Part shown: one piece after another, positions 1 to 8,627 of the stretch
How the letters are laid out: each line of letters starts with the position of its first letter
How positions within the stretch are numbered: position 1 is the first letter of the stretch
IMG/VR virus record: IMGVR_UViG_3300048930_001331
Direction: 5' to 3' (one strand)
Source: an uncultured virus (IMG/VR IMGVR_UViG_3300048930_001331)
Taxonomy: Duplodnaviria; Heunggongvirae; Uroviricota; Caudoviricetes
Length of the DNA: 64,000 nt
Position numbers and translations under genes: made by a program
Notes under the pieces: generated by a model
The model's input: only the letters and a program-made list of their open reading frames with translations
Told to the model about the DNA's origin: nothing
Databases searched by the model: none

Positions 1-288
1 ATGACCTATGATCCAGATCGTGACGCGCGTGCCCCAGCCGATGTGAGTCCGAACCGGCGGCCGTATGAGCGCAAGACGCGAGGCGGAGTCAGTCCGAGTG
101 TCGCCTTGATGCTTGCGATCATGGCTGCATTTATCGGCGTCGGCTTCTGGTTCTACGCGACGCAGGACAAAACGACGCTCGTTGGCGAGCGTCCGGCGGC
201 GGAGCGAACAACCACCGGATCGGCAACGCAGCAGCAGCCGCCGCTGCCAAACACGCCGACCCCGCCGACAGCGCCATCACAGCAATAA
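1..288 (+). CDS. Host small single-pass membrane protein with Pro/Gln-rich tail
   Basis: One hydrophobic helix (VALMLAIMAAFIGVGFWFY) then TTGS...PLPNTP; similar to the next ORF. Confidence 0.7.
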   Translation: MTYDPDRDARAPADVSPNRRPYERKTRGGVSPSVALMLAIMAAFIGVGFWFYATQDKTTLVGERPAAERTTTGSATQQQPPLPNTPTPPTAPSQQ

Positions 289-340
289 TGGAACCACAGG
301 TGGCGCCGACGACTTGTCTCCTGAATGAGGAGATCTCGCC

Positions 341-613
341 ATGGCTATCCGACCCGACCCCGATCCTGAAGCCGGTGTTCAAACGCAACCGCTTCCGGGA
401 GAGGTAGAGCGCGAGCGCGCCGACATCAGTATCGTGTCGGTCCTCGCCGTTCTTGCGCTGCTCGTCGCAGGCGGCCTGTGGTACTTCACCAAGGACAAGG
501 AAATGATCGCCGGCGACGGCACCACCGTGAAGCAGACAACCGGTTCAGGTGCTTCGCAATTGCCGCTGCCCAATACGCCGCAATTGCCGACGCAGGCGCC
601 GCAGCAGCAATAA
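341..613 (+). CDS. Host small single-pass membrane protein, paralogue of 1..288
   Basis: GAGGAG SD upstream; TM helix, then TTGSG..LPLPNTP..APQQQ. Confidence 0.75.
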   Translation: MAIRPDPDPEAGVQTQPLPGEVERERADISIVSVLAVLALLVAGGLWYFTKDKEMIAGDGTTVKQTTGSGASQLPLPNTPQLPTQAPQQQ

Positions 614-647
614 GCCTGTCTGACCGGGAGGGCTGAGCGGCGTGCTA

Positions 648-714
648 GCCGCTTGGCCAAAAGTGCGGCTCTGCCGCTTGGCCAAAATGCGGCTGTGCCG
701 TTTGGCCAAAATGG
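648..714. repeat. About three tandem 24-25 bp direct repeats (GCCGYTTGGCCAAAA-TG core)
   Basis: Units start at 648, 673 and 697; the third runs into the tRNA CCA end. Confidence 0.85.
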
Positions 715-758
715 AGCGGGCGAAGGGAATCGAACCCTCGTATGCAGCTTGGGAAGCT
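712..758 (-). pseudogene. 3' half of tRNA-Gly(CCC) = prophage att core
   Basis: Minus strand reads AGCTTCCCAAGCTGCATACGAGGGTTCGATTCCCTTCGCCCGCTCCA: anticodon arm with CCC, T-arm GTTCGA and CCA end; D-arm and 5' acceptor strand are absent. Confidence 0.9.
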
Positions 759-865
759 CCACAGGATCGAGTAAAATCAATAAGATAGCTGCAAAACACC
801 CTCCGGGCAGACCCATACAGGTCAATGGGTTACAAGGGATTTGCACAACCGATCCAACCACTCTT

Positions 866-1135
866 ATGGCTCTAAAACTCGTCCCTGCTCACAGGAACCG
901 CCCCACCGGGGAATGGGACGCCGACGATTACGACGTCGTGCATGAGGCAACCGGCCAGACGGTTGGCCGGATCATGAAGACCTACGCCACACAGACCAGC
1001 GCAGAGCCATGGTTCTGGGGCATCGCCTTCCTCTACAAGTGCGGGAGCGATCCGTATTACGGACGGGCTGAGACGCGAGAGGCTGCGGCTGCGGCGTTCA
1101 GAGTGTGCTGGGACAAGATCCCGGACAGAATTTGA
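866..1135 (+). CDS. Small hypothetical protein at the prophage end
   Basis: ATG at 866 (MALKLVPAHR...WFWGI...); the track's upstream extension runs through the att site. Confidence 0.6.
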   Translation: MALKLVPAHRNRPTGEWDADDYDVVHEATGQTVGRIMKTYATQTSAEPWFWGIAFLYKCGSDPYYGRAETREAAAAAFRVCWDKIPDRI

Positions 1136-1139
1136 GCAA

Positions 1140-1180
1140 CAAAAAAGACCCCGCTCCTGGCCGAAGCCAAGAGCGGGGTT
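1140..1180 (-). terminator. Rho-independent terminator of the late/lysis operon
   Basis: CCCCGCTC-TTGGC-TTCG-GCCAG-GAGCGGGG then a T-run on the minus strand. Confidence 0.85.
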
Positions 1181-1208
1181 GAGGTGCGTCCGGATTCTCT
1201 TCCCCGGA

Positions 1209-1598
1209 CTATCTGCGTCTGATTACCGTCGACCTTCCAATTTCATCCATCGCCTTCTCGAATGCCCGTCGTGCTGCGACAAGCTCGTCGCAGTACCTGT
1301 CGTTCAGGCGCTTCATCAGATCGCGATCGTGCTGCATCTCCTCGACCATCAGCTCCAAGGATCGCGCCAATCGATTGATGGACTCTCTCACCTCATGAGC
1401 AGTCTGGATCGCCTTCTCGATCGAGTCCTCGGACATGATCATGCCGCCGATGGCGGCGATGCCAGCCGAACCTATGCTGGGCGGTTGCTTGGATTTCCGC
1501 TCCTCGCGCCGGTACGTCGCCCACGTCGCAATCGATGGGATGAGGATTGCGAGGAGGAGCGCTGCGACCTTAACGATATCCGCTATCGAATCGAACAC
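1209..1598 (-). CDS. Lysis-region protein, N-terminal TM plus coiled coil
   Basis: GTG start; VAALLLAILIPSIATW helix followed by a helical charged region. Confidence 0.6.
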   Translation of the reverse strand: MFDSIADIVKVAALLLAILIPSIATWATYRREERKSKQPPSIGSAGIAAIGGMIMSEDSIEKAIQTAHEVRESINRLARSLELMVEEMQHDRDLMKRLNDRYCDELVAARRAFEKAMDEIGRSTVIRRR

Positions 1599-2055
1599 GT
1601 CGTTTTCCTCGCAAGCCGAAGCTGTCTTGTTCGTGAGCGTCTTTTGCGCAGCGGATTGCGGAGAAGGTCTCAAACACGATCGCTGTGAGCGTGAACGAGC
1701 CAATGAGTGGAAATCCCGGAAGGTTCGCCGACGACAAGACCGAGATCGACATCGTTGTCCAGAGAAGCGATCCGACGATGCAGCCGAATATCCGGATGGC
1801 TGGCGTCTTGTACCACCAGCCATTGATCAGGAGCGCGGCCCACCGCAGCGCTCCCGTGAGTGCAATGAGGGCGCCAAAGCCAAATTCAGAGCCAGGGAAG
1901 ATGTAGACATACCCCCTGATGAATTCATAGCCGCCGAGCTGAAGCGTATCCCCTGGCGCAACAAGGAACAGGCCGATGATCAGCATCACGGATGCGAAAT
2001 ACATTTCGACCGACCGTGACTTGATCGGCATGTGCCAGAGGTTTGCTTCGCTCAT
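1570..2055 (-). CDS. Multi-pass membrane protein (holin candidate)
   Basis: About 4 hydrophobic segments, basic C-terminus, lysis cassette position. Confidence 0.6.
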   Translation of the reverse strand: MSEANLWHMPIKSRSVEMYFASVMLIIGLFLVAPGDTLQLGGYEFIRGYVYIFPGSEFGFGALIALTGALRWAALLINGWWYKTPAIRIFGCIVGSLLWTTMSISVLSSANLPGFPLIGSFTLTAIVFETFSAIRCAKDAHEQDSFGLRGKRRVRFDSGYR

Positions 2056-2387
2056 TGCCGCTTCCACCTATCCAGCTCGCGCTGTTGCTCTTCGCGCTCT
2101 CGCCGTAGCGCCTCCTCTTCCAATTCCAATCGTCTGTTTCGGTTGGCCCACACCACCTCTTCGAGCGGGCTCATGGTTCGATCCTTGGCGATCATTTCGG
2201 CGACCGCCTTCTCGGCTTGCTCCGTCGACTTGCCCTCATCCTTGAGTTTGTCGATGACCGTCGAGACGGCGTCGCCCGCCTTCTTGATCTCTGGTAGGTT
2301 CTCGAGAATGCGCCGGGTCGAGAACCCCATGATCTTCTCCGGCAGGAACAGGAGAAGGATGGGTATCAGCCACGAAGGGACTTTCAC
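2052..2387 (-). CDS. Lysis-region hypothetical protein, coiled coil
   Basis: Hydrophobic N-terminus, E/R-rich helical C-terminus; abuts both neighbours. Confidence 0.55.
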   Translation of the reverse strand: MKVPSWLIPILLLFLPEKIMGFSTRRILENLPEIKKAGDAVSTVIDKLKDEGKSTEQAEKAVAEMIAKDRTMSPLEEVVWANRNRRLELEEEALRREREEQQRELDRWKRQ

Positions 2388-2765
2388 TCAGCACCCATCG
2401 GGCTTTGCGTCCCTCGCCTGTTTGAGGCTCGAGCCCACAGAGGAGATATAGTTGCCGATGACGCCGTCGTTTAGCTTCGGCAGATTCACGCACACGGCTT
2501 CGACGCCCTTACGGACGCTGACAACCCTGGTATGCCATTTCGAGCACGCGCTACCGATCTGGGTCGCTGCGACCTCGGCAGCATATTCGATACGGCCGAT
2601 CTCGGCGCAGGCCGCCTCAGCTTGTGCGCGAGCCGTGTCGAGCCCGGCCTGCACCACGTAGATCGCAGCAGCGGTCCAGTCGATGGCGCGCTGGACGTAC
2701 TCACTACACCCCGATAGGGCGATGGATGCAGCGATCAGGGTCGCTGCGAGCTTGAGCTTCAGCAT
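2388..2765 (-). CDS. Lipoprotein (spanin-like candidate)
   Basis: Signal peptide with lipobox LSG-C; further cysteines; GGAG SD. Confidence 0.65.
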   Translation of the reverse strand: MLKLKLAATLIAASIALSGCSEYVQRAIDWTAAAIYVVQAGLDTARAQAEAACAEIGRIEYAAEVAATQIGSACSKWHTRVVSVRKGVEAVCVNLPKLNDGVIGNYISSVGSSLKQARDAKPDGC

Positions 2766-2782
2766 GTCCGAATCTCCTTTGG

Positions 2783-3325
2783 TTAACTGCCAGCACCCGG
2801 ATCTGGCGGGGGCGGTGTGATGTCTTTCGGGGCTGAGGTTGGGTCTGGCGCGGTCAGGATGCCGATCTTGGCAATGATCTTCTCGGCGATCTGCTCGGGC
2901 TTGAGGTCGAACGCCTTCACAGCGCCGGCCGCCGACTGATTCACGTACTCGACCGCTTGCTTGATCGCGGGGTGCTGCGCGTTGAGACGGGCATCCTTAA
3001 TCTGATCGGCAAGAATCATGATTGCCTTGCCAGCCGCGTTTGTGAGCGAGGCCTGAATAGCCGCCCGGTTAGAGTCTTCGATTGCGATTCCGGTCCACTT
3101 CTTGAAGAGGGATGTGAGAAGCGTAACGAACGCGATGATCAGAGCCGCGACCGCGGCCATGATGGATGGCATCCAGGGATTCAGGAGTTCTGCCCACGAG
3201 ATCGTGGTCGCGGCATCGGCCGACTGAGCGGCCGCTACGGTGAACAGGATCGAGTCAGTCGGCGCCAGCAGAAATGCAGGCAACATCAGAAATGCCGCGA
3301 AAAGCGGCGCGAAGAGAACGCGCAT
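2783..3325 (-). CDS. Holin-like membrane protein
   Basis: Two hydrophobic segments then ...AIQASLTNAA...AVEYV...; downstream of the endolysin. Confidence 0.6.
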   Translation of the reverse strand: MRVLFAPLFAAFLMLPAFLLAPTDSILFTVAAAQSADAATTISWAELLNPWMPSIMAAVAALIIAFVTLLTSLFKKWTGIAIEDSNRAAIQASLTNAAGKAIMILADQIKDARLNAQHPAIKQAVEYVNQSAAGAVKAFDLKPEQIAEKIIAKIGILTAPDPTSAPKDITPPPPDPGAGS

Positions 3326-3349
3326 TGGATTATGTCCTTAGTGACGTGG

Positions 3350-3877
3350 TTACGCGACGGGCCGGAGGGCTCGTTGGATTTCGTCCCACAGACGCCGCTG
3401 AGCGACCGGGCAGCCAGGCGTGAAGCCGTGGTTCCTTCCCGAATTGATCACGTCAATTTCGGTTCGGTTGTTCCCGCTACCGCGCTTGATGACTGTAGGA
3501 CCGAAGGGATTGAAGATGTCGAATGGGTTCGATGTGATCTGCGTAGCGCGATCGATATTCTTCGGAATTGGGAAGCCCAGAATTCCGCATGGCCGCGATG
3601 GTGAGTAAAAAGCCGCGTATGGAATGCGCTCGTTCGGGCGCAGGGCCGCAATCTTTGCGCCAGCTGAGCACCCGCAAGACAGCATTACAAGGATCTGGAC
3701 ATCGACCCATTTGTCCAGATAGCGCATCACCATGCTCTCGTTCGTGTAATCAACCGGAGGCGGCGCATAGATCGAGCGACCGAACTCGGTCCGGGTGCGA
3801 TCACAAAGCCCGGCAAGCGACACGCTCGTAAGCGCGCCACCCCAGCCATTGATGAATAGAACATTGACCTGGGTCAT
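3350..3877 (-). CDS. Small alpha/beta-hydrolase-like protein
   Basis: VLFINGWGG first strand, ILVMLSCG elbow-like segment, late His (RNHG). Confidence 0.45.
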   Translation of the reverse strand: MTQVNVLFINGWGGALTSVSLAGLCDRTRTEFGRSIYAPPPVDYTNESMVMRYLDKWVDVQILVMLSCGCSAGAKIAALRPNERIPYAAFYSPSRPCGILGFPIPKNIDRATQITSNPFDIFNPFGPTVIKRGSGNNRTEIDVINSGRNHGFTPGCPVAQRRLWDEIQRALRPVA

Positions 3878-3978
3878 GGTGAGATACCCTTCAGAAGGAG
3901 CAGACAGATTGCGATGATCGCGCCGCTACAGATCGCTGCGGCGAACAGCCACCTGACGCCGCGGCAGGCGCGGCACAT
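3874..3978 (-). CDS. 34-aa single-TM peptide (not in ORF track)
   Basis: MCRACRGVRWLFAAAICSGAIIAICLLLLKGISP; start and stop overlap both neighbours. Confidence 0.55.
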   Translation of the reverse strand: MCRACRGVRWLFAAAICSGAIIAICLLLLKGISP

Positions 3979-4814
3979 CAGAGGCGGGCGAACTGGAAGT
4001 GCATCCAGTCATAGTCGCGCTCGATTCCGAGCGAGATCGCGCCCTCGTCGTAGACGAAGCCCCAGAACGCCTTATAGGGAGGATCATCGAGCGTCGCGGC
4101 GCTGCGCTTGAACTTCAGCTGATTGCGCTCCGGGTCGATGTCGACAGCGCAACCCCACGAGTGGATCGACCAAGCCGACCCGCCACGCATCTTCCTGACG
4201 TTGAGGCATCCGCCGTACATATCGAGCCGCAGCCGCCTGATCTCATCGATCCCGTAGTGATCGAGGGTCCGCTTGAAGATGCGAAACAGCGGATCGTGGA
4301 CCTTTCGGTTGCATGAGAACTTGCTGACGACTTGCGCCGGCGCCCATGCAATCCGCATTGGAAACGGGAGGACGAGGTCAACCTGATTAGTCCCGCGTGC
4401 GCCGAAGAAGCGGTTCATGCTAGCCTCGTCTTGCCGAGGCCAATAATCCGATCGGGTCTTGGTAGCGACTTCCGGCGGCGTGTTGTGGCCAGCAGGCGGT
4501 GGCTTCGCGGTGTCGCGCCAGGTCTCGACCTTGGCGATCTTCTTCTCGTTGCCGGACTGTCGAGCCTTCCATACCTCGCGGGCGTAGCGGGTCTGCTCGC
4601 CGACAAGGCCGTCGATATCTCCGACCTCGATGCCAACATCCCGATAGATGATCTGCTCGGCGGCGACGCGCAGTCTCTCGTCGGACCATGACGGCTTATT
4701 GCCGACCAAGGCCTCAACAGCCCGCATCGTGTTCTTGCCGGGCTTGCCATCGACGAGCAAAGCAGGTTTGTGGCCGCGCGCGTTCAGCGCGGCCTGAAGA
4801 CCACGAACGTCCAT
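3978..4814 (-). CDS. Endolysin: peptidoglycan-binding region plus M15-family Zn peptidase
   Basis: LQAALN...VDGKPG and IDGLVG repeats; SIHSWGCAVDID and DWMHFQ motifs. Confidence 0.88.
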   Translation of the reverse strand: MDVRGLQAALNARGHKPALLVDGKPGKNTMRAVEALVGNKPSWSDERLRVAAEQIIYRDVGIEVGDIDGLVGEQTRYAREVWKARQSGNEKKIAKVETWRDTAKPPPAGHNTPPEVATKTRSDYWPRQDEASMNRFFGARGTNQVDLVLPFPMRIAWAPAQVVSKFSCNRKVHDPLFRIFKRTLDHYGIDEIRRLRLDMYGGCLNVRKMRGGSAWSIHSWGCAVDIDPERNQLKFKRSAATLDDPPYKAFWGFVYDEGAISLGIERDYDWMHFQFARL

Positions 4815-4999
4815 TGTTAGTCCTTCGATTTTTGAGATTGATGAAGCGTAGAGGGCCATGCCGCGCACGCAGACGCGCACGCGCTCGGAGCATGAAGCCT
4901 CTCAATTTTACAGGATGGAGCTGACGATTAAGGGCCGTAGGCGCCTTGACTACCTACGCGCGCGACGGTTGACTCAGGCTCCCGCCAGAGGTGCCAGTC

Positions 5000-5620
5000 A
5001 TGTCCTTACGGTCTCGGATCGCTACCAGCCTTCACGTCCGCCACGCTCGGTGGCGGCTTCGCTCTGCAGGGCTTGACCGGGTACTGGCGACGGCTCCCTC
5101 GATCGCGAAACCGGTGAACCCGATCGAGGCTTGGTGGCTTTACCGGGACATCACCGAACGGAAGCCGGGGCACATCGTCGAATTTGGCTGCGGCTACTCC
5201 ACACTCGTCATCCTCGCCGCAATCGAGACTTACCGGCTCCCGAACGGTAACCGAGCAAAATTCACCGGCGTTGACGCGAACCGGGGCTGGATGCAGGCAT
5301 GGGGCGACATCCCAACCTCATACACCCCACTCGAGCAGTGCACGGTCAGCGGGACGAAGGCCCATCGCTATACCGTCGAGTCTCCACAATCGATCGACTA
5401 TCTGTTCATCGACGGCCCGAGCCCGAGCGATGTTCCGGACTGGACCGGTCAGCCAATGGCTGCCGACGCCATCCTGTGGAAGGATCATTTCTCAGACCGG
5501 GCGCGCATCGTTGTTGAGGGTCGCGAAAAGAATGTCGATTTCATGCGGCAGCATCTAACCGACTTTACAATACGGCCGAACCCGCCACTTCGGTGGACGA
5601 CATTCGACCGCTCGCAATAA
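5000..5620 (+). CDS. Class I SAM-dependent methyltransferase-like moron
   Basis: IVEFGCGYST and YLFIDGP motifs; opposite strand to the late operon. Confidence 0.75.
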   Translation: MSLRSRIATSLHVRHARWRLRSAGLDRVLATAPSIAKPVNPIEAWWLYRDITERKPGHIVEFGCGYSTLVILAAIETYRLPNGNRAKFTGVDANRGWMQAWGDIPTSYTPLEQCTVSGTKAHRYTVESPQSIDYLFIDGPSPSDVPDWTGQPMAADAILWKDHFSDRARIVVEGREKNVDFMRQHLTDFTIRPNPPLRWTTFDRSQ

Positions 5621-6661
5621 TTACGCCGCGTAGCGGACGATCACGCGGCCTGAGCCGCCAGTACCGCCCGCGGTGTTGTTGCCCCCGCCACCGCCGCCAC
5701 TGCCAGTATTCGCGGTAGCGTTTGAGCCTGAGCCGCCACCGCCGTTGCCGGCGCCACCACCGCCGCCGGTTCCTTGTGTTCCAGAGTTGGTGCCACCACC
5801 ACCGCCACCAGCACGGGCCACTGAAGAGCCGGTGATCGAAGAAGACGAAGACCCGCCGCCGTTGCCGCAGACGCCGCCGGATGCGTTGCCGCCCACACCG
5901 GCAGAACCACCGCCGCCACCACCGCCGTTGGAGCCGCCGATCGAGGCAGTTCCGCCGCTGTTGCCTTGACCGCCGGTCCCGGAGCCGCCCGCCGCTGGCG
6001 ACCCGCCACCACGACCGCCGCCGCCGCCACTACCGCCGCCGCCGCCCGTAAGTGTCACGCCGCCGCCGTAGCCCCCGCCGACAGATGTGATGGAGTCAAA
6101 GACAGAATTTCCGCCCGCACCGCCGCTTCCGCCGCCGCTGCTACCTGCCGTCCCCGCTGCTCCTACCGTTACGGTGTAGGTCCCCGGCCCGAGCGTCAGT
6201 GAGCCGGTCTGATAACCGCCTGAGCCGCCGCCACCGCCGCCATCGCCGCCGCCACCGCCGCCGCCGCCAACTACGAGGTACTCGATTGTCCCGGTGCCGG
6301 ACGTGATCGTGAAAGATCCGGATGAGGTGAAGTCGTGAACCTTGTAGCCGGTGATGTTGGACGTTGTGCCGCCGGTCGCTGCGATAGGGACGACGCCGCC
6401 GAGAAGCGGCGTGAAGCCGGGCAGCATCGCGTAGATCGGGAAGCAATCGCCCTGGTGAAGGAAAGGGACGGCGCTTCGAATAAGACCCGGCCGTGCATCT
6501 TCGAGGTCTTGAAGGGCTTGCAAGACTCGGTCGACGGACGATGGGTCTAATTTGAGACGGAGGAGCTCGCGCTTTGCGAGGCTCTTCCACGCCTCCCCCG
6601 GCTGGATCAGTGCCGGCTTACCCGGCACCCAGATTTTCGGCGGGATATCAGCGGGGATCAC
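5621..6661 (-). CDS. Glycine-rich virion fibre/adhesin protein
   Basis: HDFTSSGSF..EYLVVGGGGGGG...GSGRVIVRY glycine-rich domain pattern. Confidence 0.8.
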   Translation of the reverse strand: MIPADIPPKIWVPGKPALIQPGEAWKSLAKRELLRLKLDPSSVDRVLQALQDLEDARPGLIRSAVPFLHQGDCFPIYAMLPGFTPLLGGVVPIAATGGTTSNITGYKVHDFTSSGSFTITSGTGTIEYLVVGGGGGGGGDGGGGGGSGGYQTGSLTLGPGTYTVTVGAAGTAGSSGGGSGGAGGNSVFDSITSVGGGYGGGVTLTGGGGGSGGGGGRGGGSPAAGGSGTGGQGNSGGTASIGGSNGGGGGGGSAGVGGNASGGVCGNGGGSSSSSITGSSVARAGGGGGGTNSGTQGTGGGGGAGNGGGGSGSNATANTGSGGGGGGNNTAGGTGGSGRVIVRYAA

Positions 6662-7200
6662 GGAGCCAGGACCACTTCCGGGTCTGCGCCGATCGCGTGC
6701 AGGACGGCGAGTATCTCTGGGTCATCGGCATAGACTTCAGGCAGATCGGGCGCACGCCAGCGCTCCTGCTGACGGATCGTCATGCCTGTGATTGCGGCGG
6801 CAAGCTGCTCGTCGGTCAGCCGGTCGATGATGACCGACTTGCTGATCTTGCGGCGCGGCTGCTCAACATCGATGACGTCGAAGAGTTCGATCACCTGCCC
6901 TCCCTCTTCGACGTACCGGGCTCCTCCAGTCGCTTGCTTGCCCGCTGGTACCGCGAATGGGATGACCGTCTTGAGGCCGTATCTATCGAGGTCCTCATCG
7001 GACCAAACGCCATCGGCCATGAGTTGATCGATCTTGCGAACGTCGAGTTTGGCCGTGATCGGATAGGGTGGGCACTCAATCTCCTGCGGCGGCCGGCCAT
7101 CGTGCCAGGTCGCGGTGTAGGTCGAGACCATCTCTTCGACGTCAATGACGCCGGAAACGGGCTCCCATGTATCTCCAACCTTTCTCGCGTATGTCATCAA
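6658..7200 (-). CDS. Tail-fibre-associated hypothetical protein (chaperone-like)
   Basis: Coupled between two fibre genes; acidic. Confidence 0.6.
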   Translation of the reverse strand: MMTYARKVGDTWEPVSGVIDVEEMVSTYTATWHDGRPPQEIECPPYPITAKLDVRKIDQLMADGVWSDEDLDRYGLKTVIPFAVPAGKQATGGARYVEEGGQVIELFDVIDVEQPRRKISKSVIIDRLTDEQLAAAITGMTIRQQERWRAPDLPEVYADDPEILAVLHAIGADPEVVLAP

Positions 7201-8624
7201 CCGATCCTTAGAATTGCATAGACGTAAACGGTCGTGCCGAGGCAGATGTAAGCGATACCGAGCGTCTGAGACGTTGTGATCGAGTACGGACCAGCCTCAA
7301 CGCCGGCCATGAGATTCCAGGCGGCGTTAAGCGTCAGCGTTCGCGTCGAAGTAGACGCCCCAAACCAGAGCACACCGCATTGCCCGCCCTTTGGATTTGA
7401 TGGAGCGCCCAGCGTGCGGTTACCAGCAAGATTCAGCTTCGCTGTCGTGCTGCCGCCGAAGTTGATCCCTGACGCGAGATTGACCGAGATGGTCGCGGCG
7501 TCGGTCAGAACTGCATTCAGTGCCGCCGCCCAAACCTGATCGACCACGAGACATCGGGCGGTGTCAGTTCCTGTGATGTATTCCGCCGCCGTGGCGAGTT
7601 CGGATACACCTTTGACCGAGGTTGTCGCGTCGACGCCCGCAAGAGTGGGGTTGCCCGAGACGCCATCGCCGTTTGTCACCGACAGGCCGGTCGATGCGGT
7701 TACGGCGATGGATCGTTGCGCCCAGGCATTTGATCCTGTCCGCACCGCAAAGCCGGTAGAGCCCAAAGCCTCAATGGCAGCAGCATCGTCAGAAAGATTG
7801 ATCGAGATATTGCCTGAGACGCCGTCGCCGTTCGTCGTCGTCAGGCCAGCATTCGGGCTCGTGATCGACCTCTGCGCCCACGTATCCGCGCCGATCCGAA
7901 CTGCGATGCCGGTGGACGCAAGAGCTTCGATGGCCGCGATATCGTTCGTGAGTGCGATGGTCGGATTGCCCGAAACGCCATTGCCATTTGTGACGCTGAT
8001 GCCGGCCGCCGGACCAGTAAGCGTTCTGGAGGCGTATGTCCCGTCAGCGGTCCTGGCGACCAACCCGTTTGCACTGAGGGCTGCCAGGCCAGTGAGTTCG
8101 TCGCTGGACGCCTGCTTTCCGGCCAGCGCCGTCGTCATCGTCGCCGCGAAATTCGCGTCGTCTCCGAGAGCGGCGGCCAACTCGTCGAGTGTGTCGAGTA
8201 CGCCTGGCGCTGAGTTGACCAGAGCGGCAATCTGAGAGGCGATGTACGCCTTGGTGGACTGCTGGCTCGGCGCCTTGGTCGCATCGTTGGATGCGAAGCT
8301 ATCCTCGTCGATCAGCGCCGCGAATCCGGCGAGGTCAACGGAGTTTGGGGTCAGTAGAACGAGCGGATTGCTGGTGAAGTTGATCTTCGAGCCGGTCGAC
8401 GACGCGACAATCGTCGTGCGGGCGAGCACGCCGGTGCCGGAATTATACGCCCCGTATCCGATCTCCCATTGAGTGCGCGCCGCGTCCTGTGCGCGATAGC
8501 TATAGACCGCTCCATTGACCAGATTCCCCGACATGGCTCGAAAGCCAACGACGGGGGTGCCGTCTGAAAAATTGCTGGTGCCGGCGCTGCCCGCGGTAAA
8601 CCAGATGCCATCAGCGAACGCCAT
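7197..8624 (-). CDS. Tail fibre protein
   Basis: WEIGYG..LARTT N-terminal domain; APGVLDTLDELAAALGDD motif; three NG(D/N)GVSGN repeats. Confidence 0.8.
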   Translation of the reverse strand: MAFADGIWFTAGSAGTSNFSDGTPVVGFRAMSGNLVNGAVYSYRAQDAARTQWEIGYGAYNSGTGVLARTTIVASSTGSKINFTSNPLVLLTPNSVDLAGFAALIDEDSFASNDATKAPSQQSTKAYIASQIAALVNSAPGVLDTLDELAAALGDDANFAATMTTALAGKQASSDELTGLAALSANGLVARTADGTYASRTLTGPAAGISVTNGNGVSGNPTIALTNDIAAIEALASTGIAVRIGADTWAQRSITSPNAGLTTTNGDGVSGNISINLSDDAAAIEALGSTGFAVRTGSNAWAQRSIAVTASTGLSVTNGDGVSGNPTLAGVDATTSVKGVSELATAAEYITGTDTARCLVVDQVWAAALNAVLTDAATISVNLASGINFGGSTTAKLNLAGNRTLGAPSNPKGGQCGVLWFGASTSTRTLTLNAAWNLMAGVEAGPYSITTSQTLGIAYICLGTTVYVYAILRIG

Positions 8625-8627
8625 CGA

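Noticed and set aside
648..714. CRISPR array
   Set aside because: The repeats are contiguous without unique spacers, and there are no cas genes.
712..790. Intact tRNA-Gly gene
   Set aside because: Sequence beyond 758 cannot form the D-arm or the 5' acceptor strand.
5673..5969. Poly-proline ORF on the plus strand
   Set aside because: Antisense shadow of the GGC-rich glycine-rich fibre gene.
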